A stretch of DNA of 64,000 bases from the NCBI GenBank assembly GCA_039738415.1, contig JBCLLY010000006.1, positions 1,814-65,813 on the forward strand, written 5' to 3'. Numbering within the stretch: the stretch's first letter is position 1; each line of letters opens with the position of its first letter. Below, in pieces: positions 31,243-39,952 of the stretch. The notes under the pieces were generated by a model, which had not been told where the DNA came from, did not search any database, and saw nothing but the letters and a program-made list of their open reading frames with translations. Made by a program: the position numbers and the translations under genes. Source of the stretch: Candidatus Levyibacteriota bacterium (GTDB lineage Bacteria > Patescibacteriota > Microgenomatia > Levybacterales > GWA1-39-11).

Positions 31243-32658
31243 TTAGCGTAAGAGGGGTGTTTGTTTGTAATGTTCGGTTTTCTTTTCAAAGCTTGAACCA
31301 ATTTGGAATAAAAGTTTTTCTGAAAAGTGAGGTCCTATAAATTGAATTCCAATGGGAAGTTTGTTCTCGGAAAAGCCTGCAGGGACTGAAATTGCCGGAA
31401 TTCCGGCAAGGTTTACGGGGACTGTTAAGGCGTCAGATAGATACATCTGCAATGGGTCATTTTTACTGCCGAATTTCCAAGCCGGAGTAGGGGATACTGG
31501 TGCAACAAGTGCATCTACTTTAGAAAAGGCATCTGTAAAGTCTTTAACTATAAGAGTTCTTACCTGCATAGCTTTTTTATAGTACGCGTCATAATAACCT
31601 GACGAAAGTGTAAAAGTTCCTAGCATTATGCGTCGTTTTGCTTCTTTCCCGAAATAACTTCTATCGTTTCCAAATCTTATTCCATCGTATCTAGCTAAAT
31701 TCGAACTAACCTCTGAGGGTTGAATAATATAGTAAGTAGCAATTGCATAATCTGTGTTTGGAAGAGAAACTTCAATAACTTCAGCGCCCAAGTCCTCCAA
31801 TGTCTTAATAGACTTTTCAAATACTTGCTTAGTATCTTTATCTAGTGCGTTTGTTACGTATTCTTTTGGTACACCAATTTTAAGACCTTTGATATCTTTG
31901 TTTAAGTCTTTTAAGTAATTTTCCTTCTCTCGTTTGGCAACCGTACTATCATATCCATCAGCGCCTGCTGTAACATTTAAAATCGTTGCACTATCTTCAA
32001 CTGTTTTTGTGAAATGACCGATACTATCCAGGGAGGATGCCATAGCGATAACTCCATAGCGACTCACTAATCCATACGTAGGTTTTAGTCCTACGGTGTT
32101 TGTAAAAGACGCAGGGAGTCTAATTGACCCTCCGGTATCAGTTCCCGTTGCAAAAGGCACAAGAGATGCTGCAACCGATACGGCGGAACCGCTACTCGAG
32201 CCTCCCGGCACATAATCTTTATTCCATGGATTTAGGGTATTTCCAAAATCCGAATTTTCTCCTGAGGAGCCATGTGCCCAAGCGTCACAATTTAATTTTC
32301 CTAGAGAAATTGCACCTGCATCAATTAGTTTGGTAACAGCAGTTGCAGAGTAGGGAGGAATATAATTTTCCAGTACTTTAGAGCCTGCTGTGGTTCTGAC
32401 ATCCTTGGTCAAAAACATATCTTTAATTCCAAGTGGAATTCCGAAAAGGGGTTGCGAGTTAAAACGTTTACGGGCTAAAGAGTTATCTAGGTCTTTTGCA
32501 TTTTTTATTGCATTTTCATCAATTGTAACAAACGCGTTAAGCTCTGGGTTTAGTTTGTCAATTCGTTCTAAGTAAAATTTAATTATCTCACCTACGGAAA
32601 ACTTTTTTTCCTTATATCCGTTTAGAATGTCTGAAATTGTAAAGTTAGTTATATCCAC
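31243..32658 (-). CDS. gatA: Asp/Glu-tRNA amidotransferase subunit A
   Basis: Amidase signature GGSSSGSAVSVAA. GTG start overlaps the gatC stop. Confidence 0.95.
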   Translation of the reverse strand: MDITNFTISDILNGYKEKKFSVGEIIKFYLERIDKLNPELNAFVTIDENAIKNAKDLDNSLARKRFNSQPLFGIPLGIKDMFLTKDVRTTAGSKVLENYIPPYSATAVTKLIDAGAISLGKLNCDAWAHGSSGENSDFGNTLNPWNKDYVPGGSSSGSAVSVAASLVPFATGTDTGGSIRLPASFTNTVGLKPTYGLVSRYGVIAMASSLDSIGHFTKTVEDSATILNVTAGADGYDSTVAKREKENYLKDLNKDIKGLKIGVPKEYVTNALDKDTKQVFEKSIKTLEDLGAEVIEVSLPNTDYAIATYYIIQPSEVSSNLARYDGIRFGNDRSYFGKEAKRRIMLGTFTLSSGYYDAYYKKAMQVRTLIVKDFTDAFSKVDALVAPVSPTPAWKFGSKNDPLQMYLSDALTVPVNLAGIPAISVPAGFSENKLPIGIQFIGPHFSEKLLFQIGSSFEKKTEHYKQTPLLR

Positions 32659-32948
32659 TATTTGTTTGTATCGACTAATTTATCCACTACGAAAAGTCCG
32701 TTATGTACGTTTTTATCACCTGAAAGAGCCTGTTCTTGGGTGAGCATGTCATCAGTATAGTTATCATTCCTAGTAACATTTTTAAGTCCTGTTACCTGTG
32801 CTGTTGGTTCAATGCCTTTCGTATCTATTGCGTTAAGCTTTTCAATATATTCAACAATGTTATTTAATTGACCGCCGAATTCTTTTTCTTCAGAGGCAGT
32901 TAGCGTAAGCTTTGAAAGCTTAGCAATTTTTTTAACATCAATTTTCAT
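32658..32948 (-). CDS. gatC: Asp/Glu-tRNA amidotransferase subunit C
   Basis: 96 aa, with a LSKLTLTASEEKEF-type N-terminus. Located upstream of gatA and gatB. Confidence 0.85.
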   Translation of the reverse strand: MKIDVKKIAKLSKLTLTASEEKEFGGQLNNIVEYIEKLNAIDTKGIEPTAQVTGLKNVTRNDNYTDDMLTQEQALSGDKNVHNGLFVVDKLVDTNK

Positions 32949-32987
32949 TTAATTAATTATATAATTTTGAGGCTGTATTAACAATAC

Positions 32988-33779
32988 TTAATATGAAGCC
33001 TTTAGTTTTTTTAAAATATTACCCTTTGCCTTTTTCGAAAAAGTGTCATCAGTTTTATTACTTGGAAGTTTTATCCCGTATTTTCTTACAAAAGTTTTTT
33101 CCAGAAGAGTGTCTGCGAGTTCCGGATTTGCCGGTAATATAGGACCATGCAGATATGTGCCAATCGCATTTTTGTAAACTGCTCCCTCTGTTTTGTCATT
33201 TCCATTATTTCCATATCCCGATATTACTTGTGCAAATGCCTGAGATTTATTGGAAAGATAAGTTCTTCCTCCGTGATTTTCAAAACCCGTTAGGTAAGGA
33301 ATAGGGAGTAGGGAATGGGGAATAGATTTTGGTTGAATAACGATATTTCCAATAAGTCTCTCTCCTGTTTGTGGTGCTTGTGTATACATATCAAAAAGTC
33401 CTAGTCCATTTATTTTTACTCCATTGGAGTCTAAATAGTAATTCCCCATGAGTTGATATGCCCCGCAGATAAAAAGAGCTGGCGTGTCGTCTTCTATCAT
33501 CTCAGAAATTTTATTCCCTTTGTTTGTGAGCAAATCTTCATTGACTATTTCTTGCTGAATGTCCTGTGCACCTCCCATAAATAACAAATCGCATGTAGTA
33601 AGTAGCTTGTAATTAGTGTTTTGGTTAATCCGCTCAATCTTTATATTAATTCCCCGCCACTGCGCGCGCTTTTGCAAAACAATAACATTTCCGCGGTCTC
33701 CATATGTAGACATTAATTCCGGATAAAGCCAACCGAGAGTAAGTGAATGGTGAATGGTAGGCGTATGGTTATTTTTCAT
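32988..33779 (-). CDS. gatD: lipid II isoglutaminyl synthase, glutaminase subunit (CobQ/GATase-like)
   Basis: Type-1 glutamine amidotransferase-like protein overlapping murT by 4 nt. Contains the FICGAYQLMG nucleophile elbow. Confidence 0.75.
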   Translation of the reverse strand: MKNNHTPTIHHSLTLGWLYPELMSTYGDRGNVIVLQKRAQWRGINIKIERINQNTNYKLLTTCDLLFMGGAQDIQQEIVNEDLLTNKGNKISEMIEDDTPALFICGAYQLMGNYYLDSNGVKINGLGLFDMYTQAPQTGERLIGNIVIQPKSIPHSLLPIPYLTGFENHGGRTYLSNKSQAFAQVISGYGNNGNDKTEGAVYKNAIGTYLHGPILPANPELADTLLEKTFVRKYGIKLPSNKTDDTFSKKAKGNILKKLKASY

Positions 33780-35065
33780 AATATGTTTCTTCCTGTTAAT
33801 ATTTTTCTAATCTCAAGCATGGCGGAGTAGGTTGGGAGAATGCATAATGTTTGCTTATCTGATAGTTTTGCAAGTGAATTTTCTATTGCCAACTCTAATT
33901 TTTCCTCAGCTCTAATTTTATTAATTTCTGCGTATTGTAGTCTATTTGCCAAATCATAAATCCTGTCTCCCGCAACTGTAATGTTTAAGTCCTTATTCTT
34001 AAGCATTTCAAAATCGACATCCCAGATCCAGCTGATATCCCGACCATCAGGTATTCTGTCGTTAAGAACTAGCAAAAGGTTCGAATATTTGCTTTTTAAA
34101 GCCACTTTTAAGCTTTCATTAAACCCTGTAGGATTTTTTGAGAGGAAGATAATTATTTTTTTACCTTTATAAAATATTTCTTCCTGTCTTCCAAAGGCAG
34201 GCTTAAAACTTTCTATATCAAGAACTGCTTTTTCAACAGGAATATCAAATGCTTTGTTGGCCGTTACAACTGCTGCAGTTAAATTATAAACATTAAAAGA
34301 TCCCCTAAGATTTGTTTTCAAATCAAAAAAAATAGATTTAGGATTTTTGAAACCGCAATTCTCGCATTTATAATTTCCCAAGTGTGAATATGAAATTTCT
34401 GAATAAGTTAACAAGTTAAAGCACGTAGGGCAAGTTGTTGAGTCAACGGCGTGTGAAAGAGTTTTCTCTAGTTTTAGTTTATCCGGAATGGAAAAATATA
34501 TTTTTTCTCCCTTTGCCTCTTTTGTTATGTTTGCTATCTGAGGGTCGTCACTATTTGCAATTATTTTGGTTTGTTTGTTAATTTTGCCCAGCACCTCTTT
34601 CCATTTTTGGGCAGTTGTATTTATTTCTCCATAACGGTCAAGCTGGTCGCGGAAGAGATTTAAAAGAATCAATGCCCAAGGATTTGGAATTTCTCCAAGA
34701 ACTAAAGGCAAAGAATTTTCATCAACCTCAAAAATAAGTGCATCCTTTTTAACCTTTCCCAATACATTTGTCTCCTTAATTAACAAGGATGCAAAACCAT
34801 TGAGAAGGTTTGCACCGGAGGCATTTCGGATTGTTGAAATATCGTTTGATTTTAGAATATAATCAAGTGCCTTTGTGGTAGTTGTCTTACCATTTGTGCC
34901 TGCTATCAAAACGACTTTAAGTTTTGGATTTTTATTTAAGATTTGCCTTATAAACTTTTGGTTTGCCTCTAAAACTAAATGTCCCGGCCAAGTTGAAGCA
35001 TTTCTGCCCAGAAAATTTTTTATTAAAAAAGATGTAAATTTACCAGCTAAAATTTGGAAGAGCAT
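33776..35065 (-). CDS. murT: lipid II isoglutaminyl synthase, MurT (Mur-ligase-like) subunit
   Basis: Mur ligase P-loop IAGTNGKTTT, and a Cys4 ribbon CPTC...CENCGF typical of MurT. Confidence 0.8.
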   Translation of the reverse strand: MLFQILAGKFTSFLIKNFLGRNASTWPGHLVLEANQKFIRQILNKNPKLKVVLIAGTNGKTTTTKALDYILKSNDISTIRNASGANLLNGFASLLIKETNVLGKVKKDALIFEVDENSLPLVLGEIPNPWALILLNLFRDQLDRYGEINTTAQKWKEVLGKINKQTKIIANSDDPQIANITKEAKGEKIYFSIPDKLKLEKTLSHAVDSTTCPTCFNLLTYSEISYSHLGNYKCENCGFKNPKSIFFDLKTNLRGSFNVYNLTAAVVTANKAFDIPVEKAVLDIESFKPAFGRQEEIFYKGKKIIIFLSKNPTGFNESLKVALKSKYSNLLLVLNDRIPDGRDISWIWDVDFEMLKNKDLNITVAGDRIYDLANRLQYAEINKIRAEEKLELAIENSLAKLSDKQTLCILPTYSAMLEIRKILTGRNIL

Positions 35066-35123
35066 TTATTTATTATACATCGAGATCCTTCTACTACGCT
35101 CAGGATGATTTTTGTTCCAAAAA

Positions 35124-36005
35124 TCACATTTCCCTTAGTCTTTTAATTCGTTCTTGTGCCGGAGGATGAGTACTATAAAGATTTGAGAAAAAATTTCTTG
35201 TTTCTTTACCGCTAAAAGGACTCTCAATGAACATATGCGCAGTTGCGTGAGACGCATTTTTAATATTTGAATGCTTGCTTATTTTTTCAAGCGCACTGGC
35301 AAGTCCGTCAGGGTAGCGTGTTAAAAGCGCTCCACTCGCGTCTGCCAAATATTCACGGTTTCTGGAAACTGAAAGTTTGATAAGTACTGCTGCAATTGGT
35401 GCGAGTACTGCAGCTACGAGTGCGATTACTATTAAGATTCCATTGCTATTTTTTCTGTCTCCGCCTCCCCAAATAAGACTTCGTAGAAAAAAATCCGAAA
35501 TTATGGCAATACTTCCTGCAAGAATTACAACCAAACTCATTAGCCTTATATCGTAATTTCTTACATGTGATAGTTCGTGTGCCATAACTCCTTCAAGTTC
35601 CGGTTTGGTGAGTGCTTGAAGAAGGCCAGTTGTGGCGGCCACAGCGCTGTGCTTTGGGTCGCGTCCTGTTGCAAACGCATTCATTGCGGGATCTTCAATT
35701 ACATAAATTTTTGGTACTGGTTGTCCAAGTCCAATAGATAAATTTTCTACTATGCTATAGAGTTGAGGATAATTTTCTTTTGTAGCAGGTTTTGCGTGAG
35801 ATAGAGCAAGTGCTACCTTGTCAGAATTATAATATGAGATATACGTTATTACTCCGAAAATAATTAAAAATACTCCAAGACCCAAAAGTCCAAAATCGAA
35901 GAACAAGGAAATAATATAACCGAATATAATTACAAAGACCACAAATAATGCTATAAGAATTAATGTTTTCCTCTTGTTTGAGGCTATCTGTTGATAGATA
36001 TTCAT
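35124..36005 (-). CDS. htpX: M48 family zinc protease HtpX
   Basis: HELSH zinc motif, N-terminal TM helices, and a lemA neighbour. Confidence 0.9.
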   Translation of the reverse strand: MNIYQQIASNKRKTLILIALFVVFVIIFGYIISLFFDFGLLGLGVFLIIFGVITYISYYNSDKVALALSHAKPATKENYPQLYSIVENLSIGLGQPVPKIYVIEDPAMNAFATGRDPKHSAVAATTGLLQALTKPELEGVMAHELSHVRNYDIRLMSLVVILAGSIAIISDFFLRSLIWGGGDRKNSNGILIVIALVAAVLAPIAAVLIKLSVSRNREYLADASGALLTRYPDGLASALEKISKHSNIKNASHATAHMFIESPFSGKETRNFFSNLYSTHPPAQERIKRLREM

Positions 36006-36010
36006 AATTA

Positions 36011-36562
36011 CTAGAAGGAGACTTTAACAGGGTCTTTTGCTGCAGGTTCTGCTTCAAAGAATTCTTGTTCTTTAAAGTTGAATTGTCCTACAATTAAGTT
36101 AGTTGGGAACATTTTAATTTTTGTGTTATAAGACAGTACATTTGAATTATAAAATTGTCTGGAGTAGGAAATTTTATCTTCAGTATCAGTAAGTTCATCC
36201 TGAAGTTTCGAAAAATTTGCGCTAGCTTTAAGGTCCGGATAGCTTTCTGATACAGCAAAAAGACTTTTTAGAGTGTCAGTAAGCATGTTATTCGCGACCG
36301 CTTTTTGTTCGGGAGTCTTTGCGTGCATTAGAGATGCTCTGGCATTTGTAACATTTTCAAGAAGCTGTTTTTCGTGCTTTGCATATCCTCTTACTGTTTC
36401 AATAAGGTTTGGGATAAGGTCTATCCGACGTTTTAGCTGAACATCAATGCTACTTAGTGCTTCTTTTATGCGTTCACGAAGCGTTACAAGCTGGTTATAT
36501 GTTAACCAAATGAATGCAACTAGTATTAAGGCAATTACTGCAATTCCAATTAAAATTTCCAT
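36011..36562 (-). CDS. lemA: LemA family protein
   Basis: N-terminal TM plus the LemA-typical [14 protein letters not shown]...[15 protein letters not shown]. Confidence 0.85.
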   Translation of the reverse strand: MEILIGIAVIALILVAFIWLTYNQLVTLRERIKEALSSIDVQLKRRIDLIPNLIETVRGYAKHEKQLLENVTNARASLMHAKTPEQKAVANNMLTDTLKSLFAVSESYPDLKASANFSKLQDELTDTEDKISYSRQFYNSNVLSYNTKIKMFPTNLIVGQFNFKEQEFFEAEPAAKDPVKVSF

Positions 36563-36601
36563 AACTTATTTTTACATAGCAGGGGTCAAATGTCAATTAG
36601 A

Positions 36602-38371
36602 TTAACTTTTAATCCAGCTTAATAAGTCATCATAGGGCAGTGTGTTGATGATGTCTTCTTTTCCACACCAACCTCGTCTCGCAACAGCTACCCCGTATTT
36701 CATATTATCCATATGTTTGGCTGCGTGACTGTCTGTGTTAATAACAAATTTACATCCTTTTCTCTGTGCCTCCAGTACAAGATCATCTCTCAAGTCAAGG
36801 CGAGTTGGCCATGAGTTTATTTCAAGTGCTTTATTATTTTTCCTCACAAAATCAAATATCATATTCCAGTCTGCATCGTATCCATTTCTTTGATTAATAA
36901 GTCTACCTGTAGGATGCGCAAATATTTTTGCTTTAGGGTGGGAAAGGCCGTTTAGTATTCTTTTTGTCATTTTCTCCCCGCCGGTTTTAAATGAACTGTG
37001 AACAGATACTATCGCCATATCAAGAAGTTCTAGGCATCTATCGCTGAGAGCAAGCTCTCCTGAGGTCAAAATGTCTATTTCGAGTAAATTAATTATTCGT
37101 ATATTTTTATTACTCTTTCTAAGTTGTTCAATTTTGTTATTCCTTTTATCAAGTATTTTATAAATTTCCTCCTCACTGTGATTGCCTATACTGGGATTAT
37201 GCTCAGAAAATCCAAAATATTCGTATCCCAAATCTCTTGCCTTATCGATCATTGCCTGCATCGAATCACTACCCAAATCATGGCTTGGTTTAATGGGGTA
37301 GTCAGAATGTATATGAAAATCTCCCTTTATGTCTTTTTCTTCAATAAGTTTTGGTAGCGACTTTTTAATACTGGCCTCAATTTCTCCATTATTTTCCCTC
37401 ATTTCAGGCGGAATCCACTCTAGACCAAGGAAATTGTAAAGTGCCTTTTCTTCTTTGAATTTTTTTAAAGTTCCATTTTTAAGCTTAATTCCCTTCTCGG
37501 AAAGCGAATAGCCTTTTTTTAATGCATATTCACGTAATTTCACATTGTGTTCCTTGCTCCCCGTAAAATGCTGTAGAAGAGAGCCTATTTGGTCAGGATT
37601 TAGAACCATAAGGTCAATTTGCTTATTTCCTGATAAGATTATTGACGCTGTTGCGCCACCTTTTTCAATAACTCGGTCTTTATTCGGATAATTTACAAAA
37701 TGTTCGATAACCTTTGCCGGTTTGTTAGAAGTTACTCCGATATCGACGTCTCCAATTGTCGATTTTTTACGCCTCAGGCTGCCTAGTGGATATACTTCAA
37801 TGGTCTCTTTTTCTTTTTTCAGGTACAAAACCATATTATCAGCAATTTCCTGCGCAAGCGGGAGAACCATTCTTGAGGATTTTGTTTTACCCAGCTTATA
37901 TTCATCGATTGCTTGAATGATGTCGGCTTGGGATTTTTCTCCAAAAGTGTCAAGTGAAGCTATCTTATTATCATGTGCCAATTTATAAATTTGACTGATA
38001 ACTTTGTTGGGTTCATCTAGGTCAAATGCCTCGACCAGTTTGAATGCTTTTTTGGGTCCAAAGGAGGGTATATCTAAAAGAGGAAAAATTGCCGGTGAGA
38101 CTTCTTTCAAAATATCATCGAAGTGTTTTACTTCTCCCTTTTCAAATAATTCAATCAGATATGTCTTAATGCCTTGCCCAACACCTTCGAGCTTGTCTAA
38201 TTGTCCTTCTGATATTAAATCTTTTACTTGCCTACTAGAGCCTTCTATGGAATTGGCTGCTTTTTGATAGGCAAGTATTTGAAACCTATATTTTGCTTCA
38301 TTTTTAATAGTATAAGCGCTGGCTACATTACGCAATAGTTTTGCTATGTCCTCATTTGTAAAAGACTTCAT
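36602..38371 (-). CDS. polX: DNA polymerase X family protein with C-terminal PHP domain
   Basis: The ATG at 38369-38371 (MKSFTNEDIAKLLRNVA) is preferred. The longer track ORF would overlap tRNA-Asp. Contains GSLRRKKSTIGDVDI and a C-terminal PHP domain (HIHSDY). Confidence 0.85.
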   Translation of the reverse strand: MKSFTNEDIAKLLRNVASAYTIKNEAKYRFQILAYQKAANSIEGSSRQVKDLISEGQLDKLEGVGQGIKTYLIELFEKGEVKHFDDILKEVSPAIFPLLDIPSFGPKKAFKLVEAFDLDEPNKVISQIYKLAHDNKIASLDTFGEKSQADIIQAIDEYKLGKTKSSRMVLPLAQEIADNMVLYLKKEKETIEVYPLGSLRRKKSTIGDVDIGVTSNKPAKVIEHFVNYPNKDRVIEKGGATASIILSGNKQIDLMVLNPDQIGSLLQHFTGSKEHNVKLREYALKKGYSLSEKGIKLKNGTLKKFKEEKALYNFLGLEWIPPEMRENNGEIEASIKKSLPKLIEEKDIKGDFHIHSDYPIKPSHDLGSDSMQAMIDKARDLGYEYFGFSEHNPSIGNHSEEEIYKILDKRNNKIEQLRKSNKNIRIINLLEIDILTSGELALSDRCLELLDMAIVSVHSSFKTGGEKMTKRILNGLSHPKAKIFAHPTGRLINQRNGYDADWNMIFDFVRKNNKALEINSWPTRLDLRDDLVLEAQRKGCKFVINTDSHAAKHMDNMKYGVAVARRGWCGKEDIINTLPYDDLLSWIKS

Positions 38372-38443
38372 AAGTAGTATGATACCACACGCACAAATCA
38401 CATTGACGTTGGACAACTTATTTGATAGTATAATGTGAATTGT

Positions 38444-38517
38444 GGGGTGGTAGCTCAGTTGGCTAGAGCGCTTCCCTGTCACGGAAGAGGTCGCGGGTCC
38501 GAGTCCCGTCCATCCCG
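38444..38517 (+). tRNA. tRNA-Asp (GTC)
   Basis: Acceptor GGGGTGG/CCATCCC, anticodon arm CTTCC-CTGTCAC-GGAAG, T arm GCGGG-TCCGAGT-CCCGT. No encoded CCA. Confidence 0.9.
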
Positions 38518-38528
38518 CAACGTCGTCG

Positions 38529-38589
38529 CAACGGAACTAGTGCTTTCGCATTTTAGTAAAACTAAAATGCTTCAGCTTCTAGTTCGTTG
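38529..38589 (+). other. long imperfect hairpin immediately 3' of tRNA-Asp
   Basis: Outer stem CAACGGAACTAG/CTAGTTCGTTG with a 1-nt bulge. Inner perfect 10-bp stem GCATTTTAGT-AAA-ACTAAAATGC. Confidence 0.6.
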
Positions 38590-38597
38590 TTCCTCTT

Positions 38598-38619
38598 TAA
38601 AAATGCTAATGCATTTTTA
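38598..38619. terminator. symmetric hairpin TAAAAATGC-TAAT-GCATTTTTA
   Basis: 9-bp stem with A/T runs on both sides, so it resembles a bidirectional terminator. Confidence 0.45.
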
Positions 38620-38623
38620 CTGT

Positions 38624-38641
38624 AAATTTCAGCTGAAATTT
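38624..38641. other. 18-nt perfect palindrome AAATTTCAGCTGAAATTT
   Basis: Self-complementary. Third hairpin in a row after tRNA-Asp. Confidence 0.6.
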
Positions 38642-38764
38642 ATAAAGGATGAGCGGCGAATATTATAATAATTTTGATTTGTTCAAAATTATCTTTCCTA
38701 CTTGCCCTAAGTTTAAATATATGTATCCTCTGCCCAGAAAGGAGGCGAAATAAACTCTAAAAAA

Positions 38765-39376
38765 ATGGCAAAAAAATCGACAAATAAAAATTTTGATATA
38801 AAGCACCTGCTAGATACATCCGGTTCTTATAAAAATCTTATTTACGGAGCTGTAACTGTATTAATACTTGCAGTTATAGTTTTTTTGGGCATAAGAACTA
38901 TTTCTCAAAATAAGGGAGATATAAATGGAGACGCTGTTGTGGTTAAAGAAGAAGAGTCAATATATGAGGTTTCCAAAGGAGATACTCTCTGGAGTATATC
39001 TGAAAAAGTATATGGCACGGGATTTAATTGGCAGCTCATAGCTGATACAAATAAATTGGAGGATCCAAATAATATTGAGGCTGGTACTAAGCTGTCAATT
39101 CCTAAATTAACTCCTACAGTAACAGAGGAAGTTGAAGTGGGTGAATCTGAACAAGAAGCGAAAATCGAACCGGTGCAGGACAAAGACACTGAAACCGAAA
39201 TATCTAAGGACGATAAAAAAGCTACTGAGTACGTTGCTAAGTCTGGAGATAACCTTTGGAAAATAGCAGTAGAGCAGTATGGAGATGGTTATAAATGGGT
39301 AGAAATTGCAAAGGCAAACAGTTTGGTAAATCCAGACATTATTCATGCAGGTAACAGCTTTGCAATTCCAAGATAA
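38765..39376 (+). CDS. LysM-domain protein (two LysM repeats, N-terminal TM anchor)
   Basis: Two copies of the LysM pattern (YEVSKGDTLWSISEKVYG...IEAGTKLSIP and YVAKSGDNLWKIAVEQYG...IHAGNSFAIP). Confidence 0.85.
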   Translation: MAKKSTNKNFDIKHLLDTSGSYKNLIYGAVTVLILAVIVFLGIRTISQNKGDINGDAVVVKEEESIYEVSKGDTLWSISEKVYGTGFNWQLIADTNKLEDPNNIEAGTKLSIPKLTPTVTEEVEVGESEQEAKIEPVQDKDTETEISKDDKKATEYVAKSGDNLWKIAVEQYGDGYKWVEIAKANSLVNPDIIHAGNSFAIPR

Positions 39377-39594
39377 AGAGGTATATTTAGTAAATATAAT
39401 TCTTTTAGTTCGGTATTGATTGTAAAAATACCGCTCTTATGGATTGTGTCAAGGCGAATTTAAAAACGTCTCTTTAATATAATCACTTGCGAGGTTAGTA
39501 CACCGTCCGTCAGAAACGCAAGCTTGCTTTGTGGGCAGGGCAGTATGTCACATCCCCCGCCTGCAATCGCCTGTGCGGTGGTAGTTCAGTGGTA

Positions 39595-39692
39595 TCCCGT
39601 TAAGCAGATGTAGTGTAGTGGTAACACGCCTCCTTCCCAAGGAGGAAACCGCGGGTTCGAATCCCGTCATCTGCTCACATTGCTTAACGGGA
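39595..39692 (+). mobile_element. 98-bp unit: 11-nt perfect inverted repeats (TCCCGTTAAGC / GCTTAACGGGA) enclosing tRNA-Gly(CCC)
   Basis: Left arm 39595-39605, right arm 39682-39692. The unit sits exactly where the outer tRNA is interrupted. Mobility is inferred, not shown. Confidence 0.4.
39604..39675 (+). tRNA. tRNA-Gly (CCC)
   Basis: Acceptor GCAGATG/CATCTGC, D arm GTGT-AGTGGTA-ACAC, anticodon arm CCTCC-TTCCCAA-GGAGG, T arm GCGGG-TTCGAAT-CCCGT, discriminator T. Length 72 nt, no encoded CCA. Confidence 0.9.
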
Positions 39693-39851
39693 CCAAGGAA
39701 GAGGTCGCCAGTTCAAATCTGGTCCACCGTTCTAGCATTGGCGGGCAGGCCAAGGTGTACCCTCCTTCGTATCGTTTTGACGAGACTACTGAAGGGCAAG
39801 GAAGTGAGTTGGATTCCCGCACTCGCTCTGATTACAGTTTTATAAGCAGGA

Positions 39852-39897
39852 AATCTCACAGTCAGACTTTCAAAATCAAAAGCCTGACTGTGAGATT
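39852..39897 (+). other. 14-bp perfect-stem hairpin (AATCTCACAGTCAG / CTGACTGTGAGATT) with an 18-nt loop
   Basis: Lies at the 3' end of the GC-rich tRNA-Gly region, upstream of the pyrG promoter. Possible terminator or processing site. Confidence 0.55.
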
Positions 39898-39952
39898 GGG
39901 ATAAGAAAATTTTTCTCATTGACACGTTTTGGTCTATTTGGTAGTATAAATC

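Larger units (their letters stand above)
39575..39730 (+). pseudogene. outer Gly-type tRNA split by a 98-bp insert (disrupted gene or split tRNA-like RNA)
   Basis: 5' part GCGGTGG-TA-GTTCAGTGGTA. 3' part CCAA-GGAAG-AGGTC-GCCAG-TTCAAAT-CTGGT-CCACCGT. Acceptor strands pair over 7 bp (one G-U). About 13 nt (the D-stem 3' strand through anticodon position 34) are missing. Confidence 0.55.

Noticed and set aside
36602-38482. Full-length 626-aa version of the polX ORF.
   Set aside because: Its first 37 codons run antisense across tRNA-Asp (38444-38517) and look non-protein-like. MKSFTNEDIAKLL at 38371 is the canonical PolX N-terminus.
39575-39730. The outer tRNA-like sequence as tRNA-Sec (which would fit the UGA-containing gene), as an intron-containing tRNA, or as tmRNA.
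   Set aside because: The TTCAAAT loop sits in a standard T arm, not an anticodon arm with UCA. There is no 8/5 or 9/4 acceptor/T geometry and no long variable arm. The D-stem 3' strand and anticodon-stem 5' strand are simply missing, so no splice could restore a tRNA. There is no tmRNA tag-coding region or GGGG start.
39377-39952. RNase P RNA, SRP RNA or 6S RNA in the GC-rich spacer.
   Set aside because: The conserved strings I know (GAGGAAAGTCCGGGC for RNase P, the GGAAGCAGCC helix-8 motif for SRP) are absent. This was not tested with covariance models.
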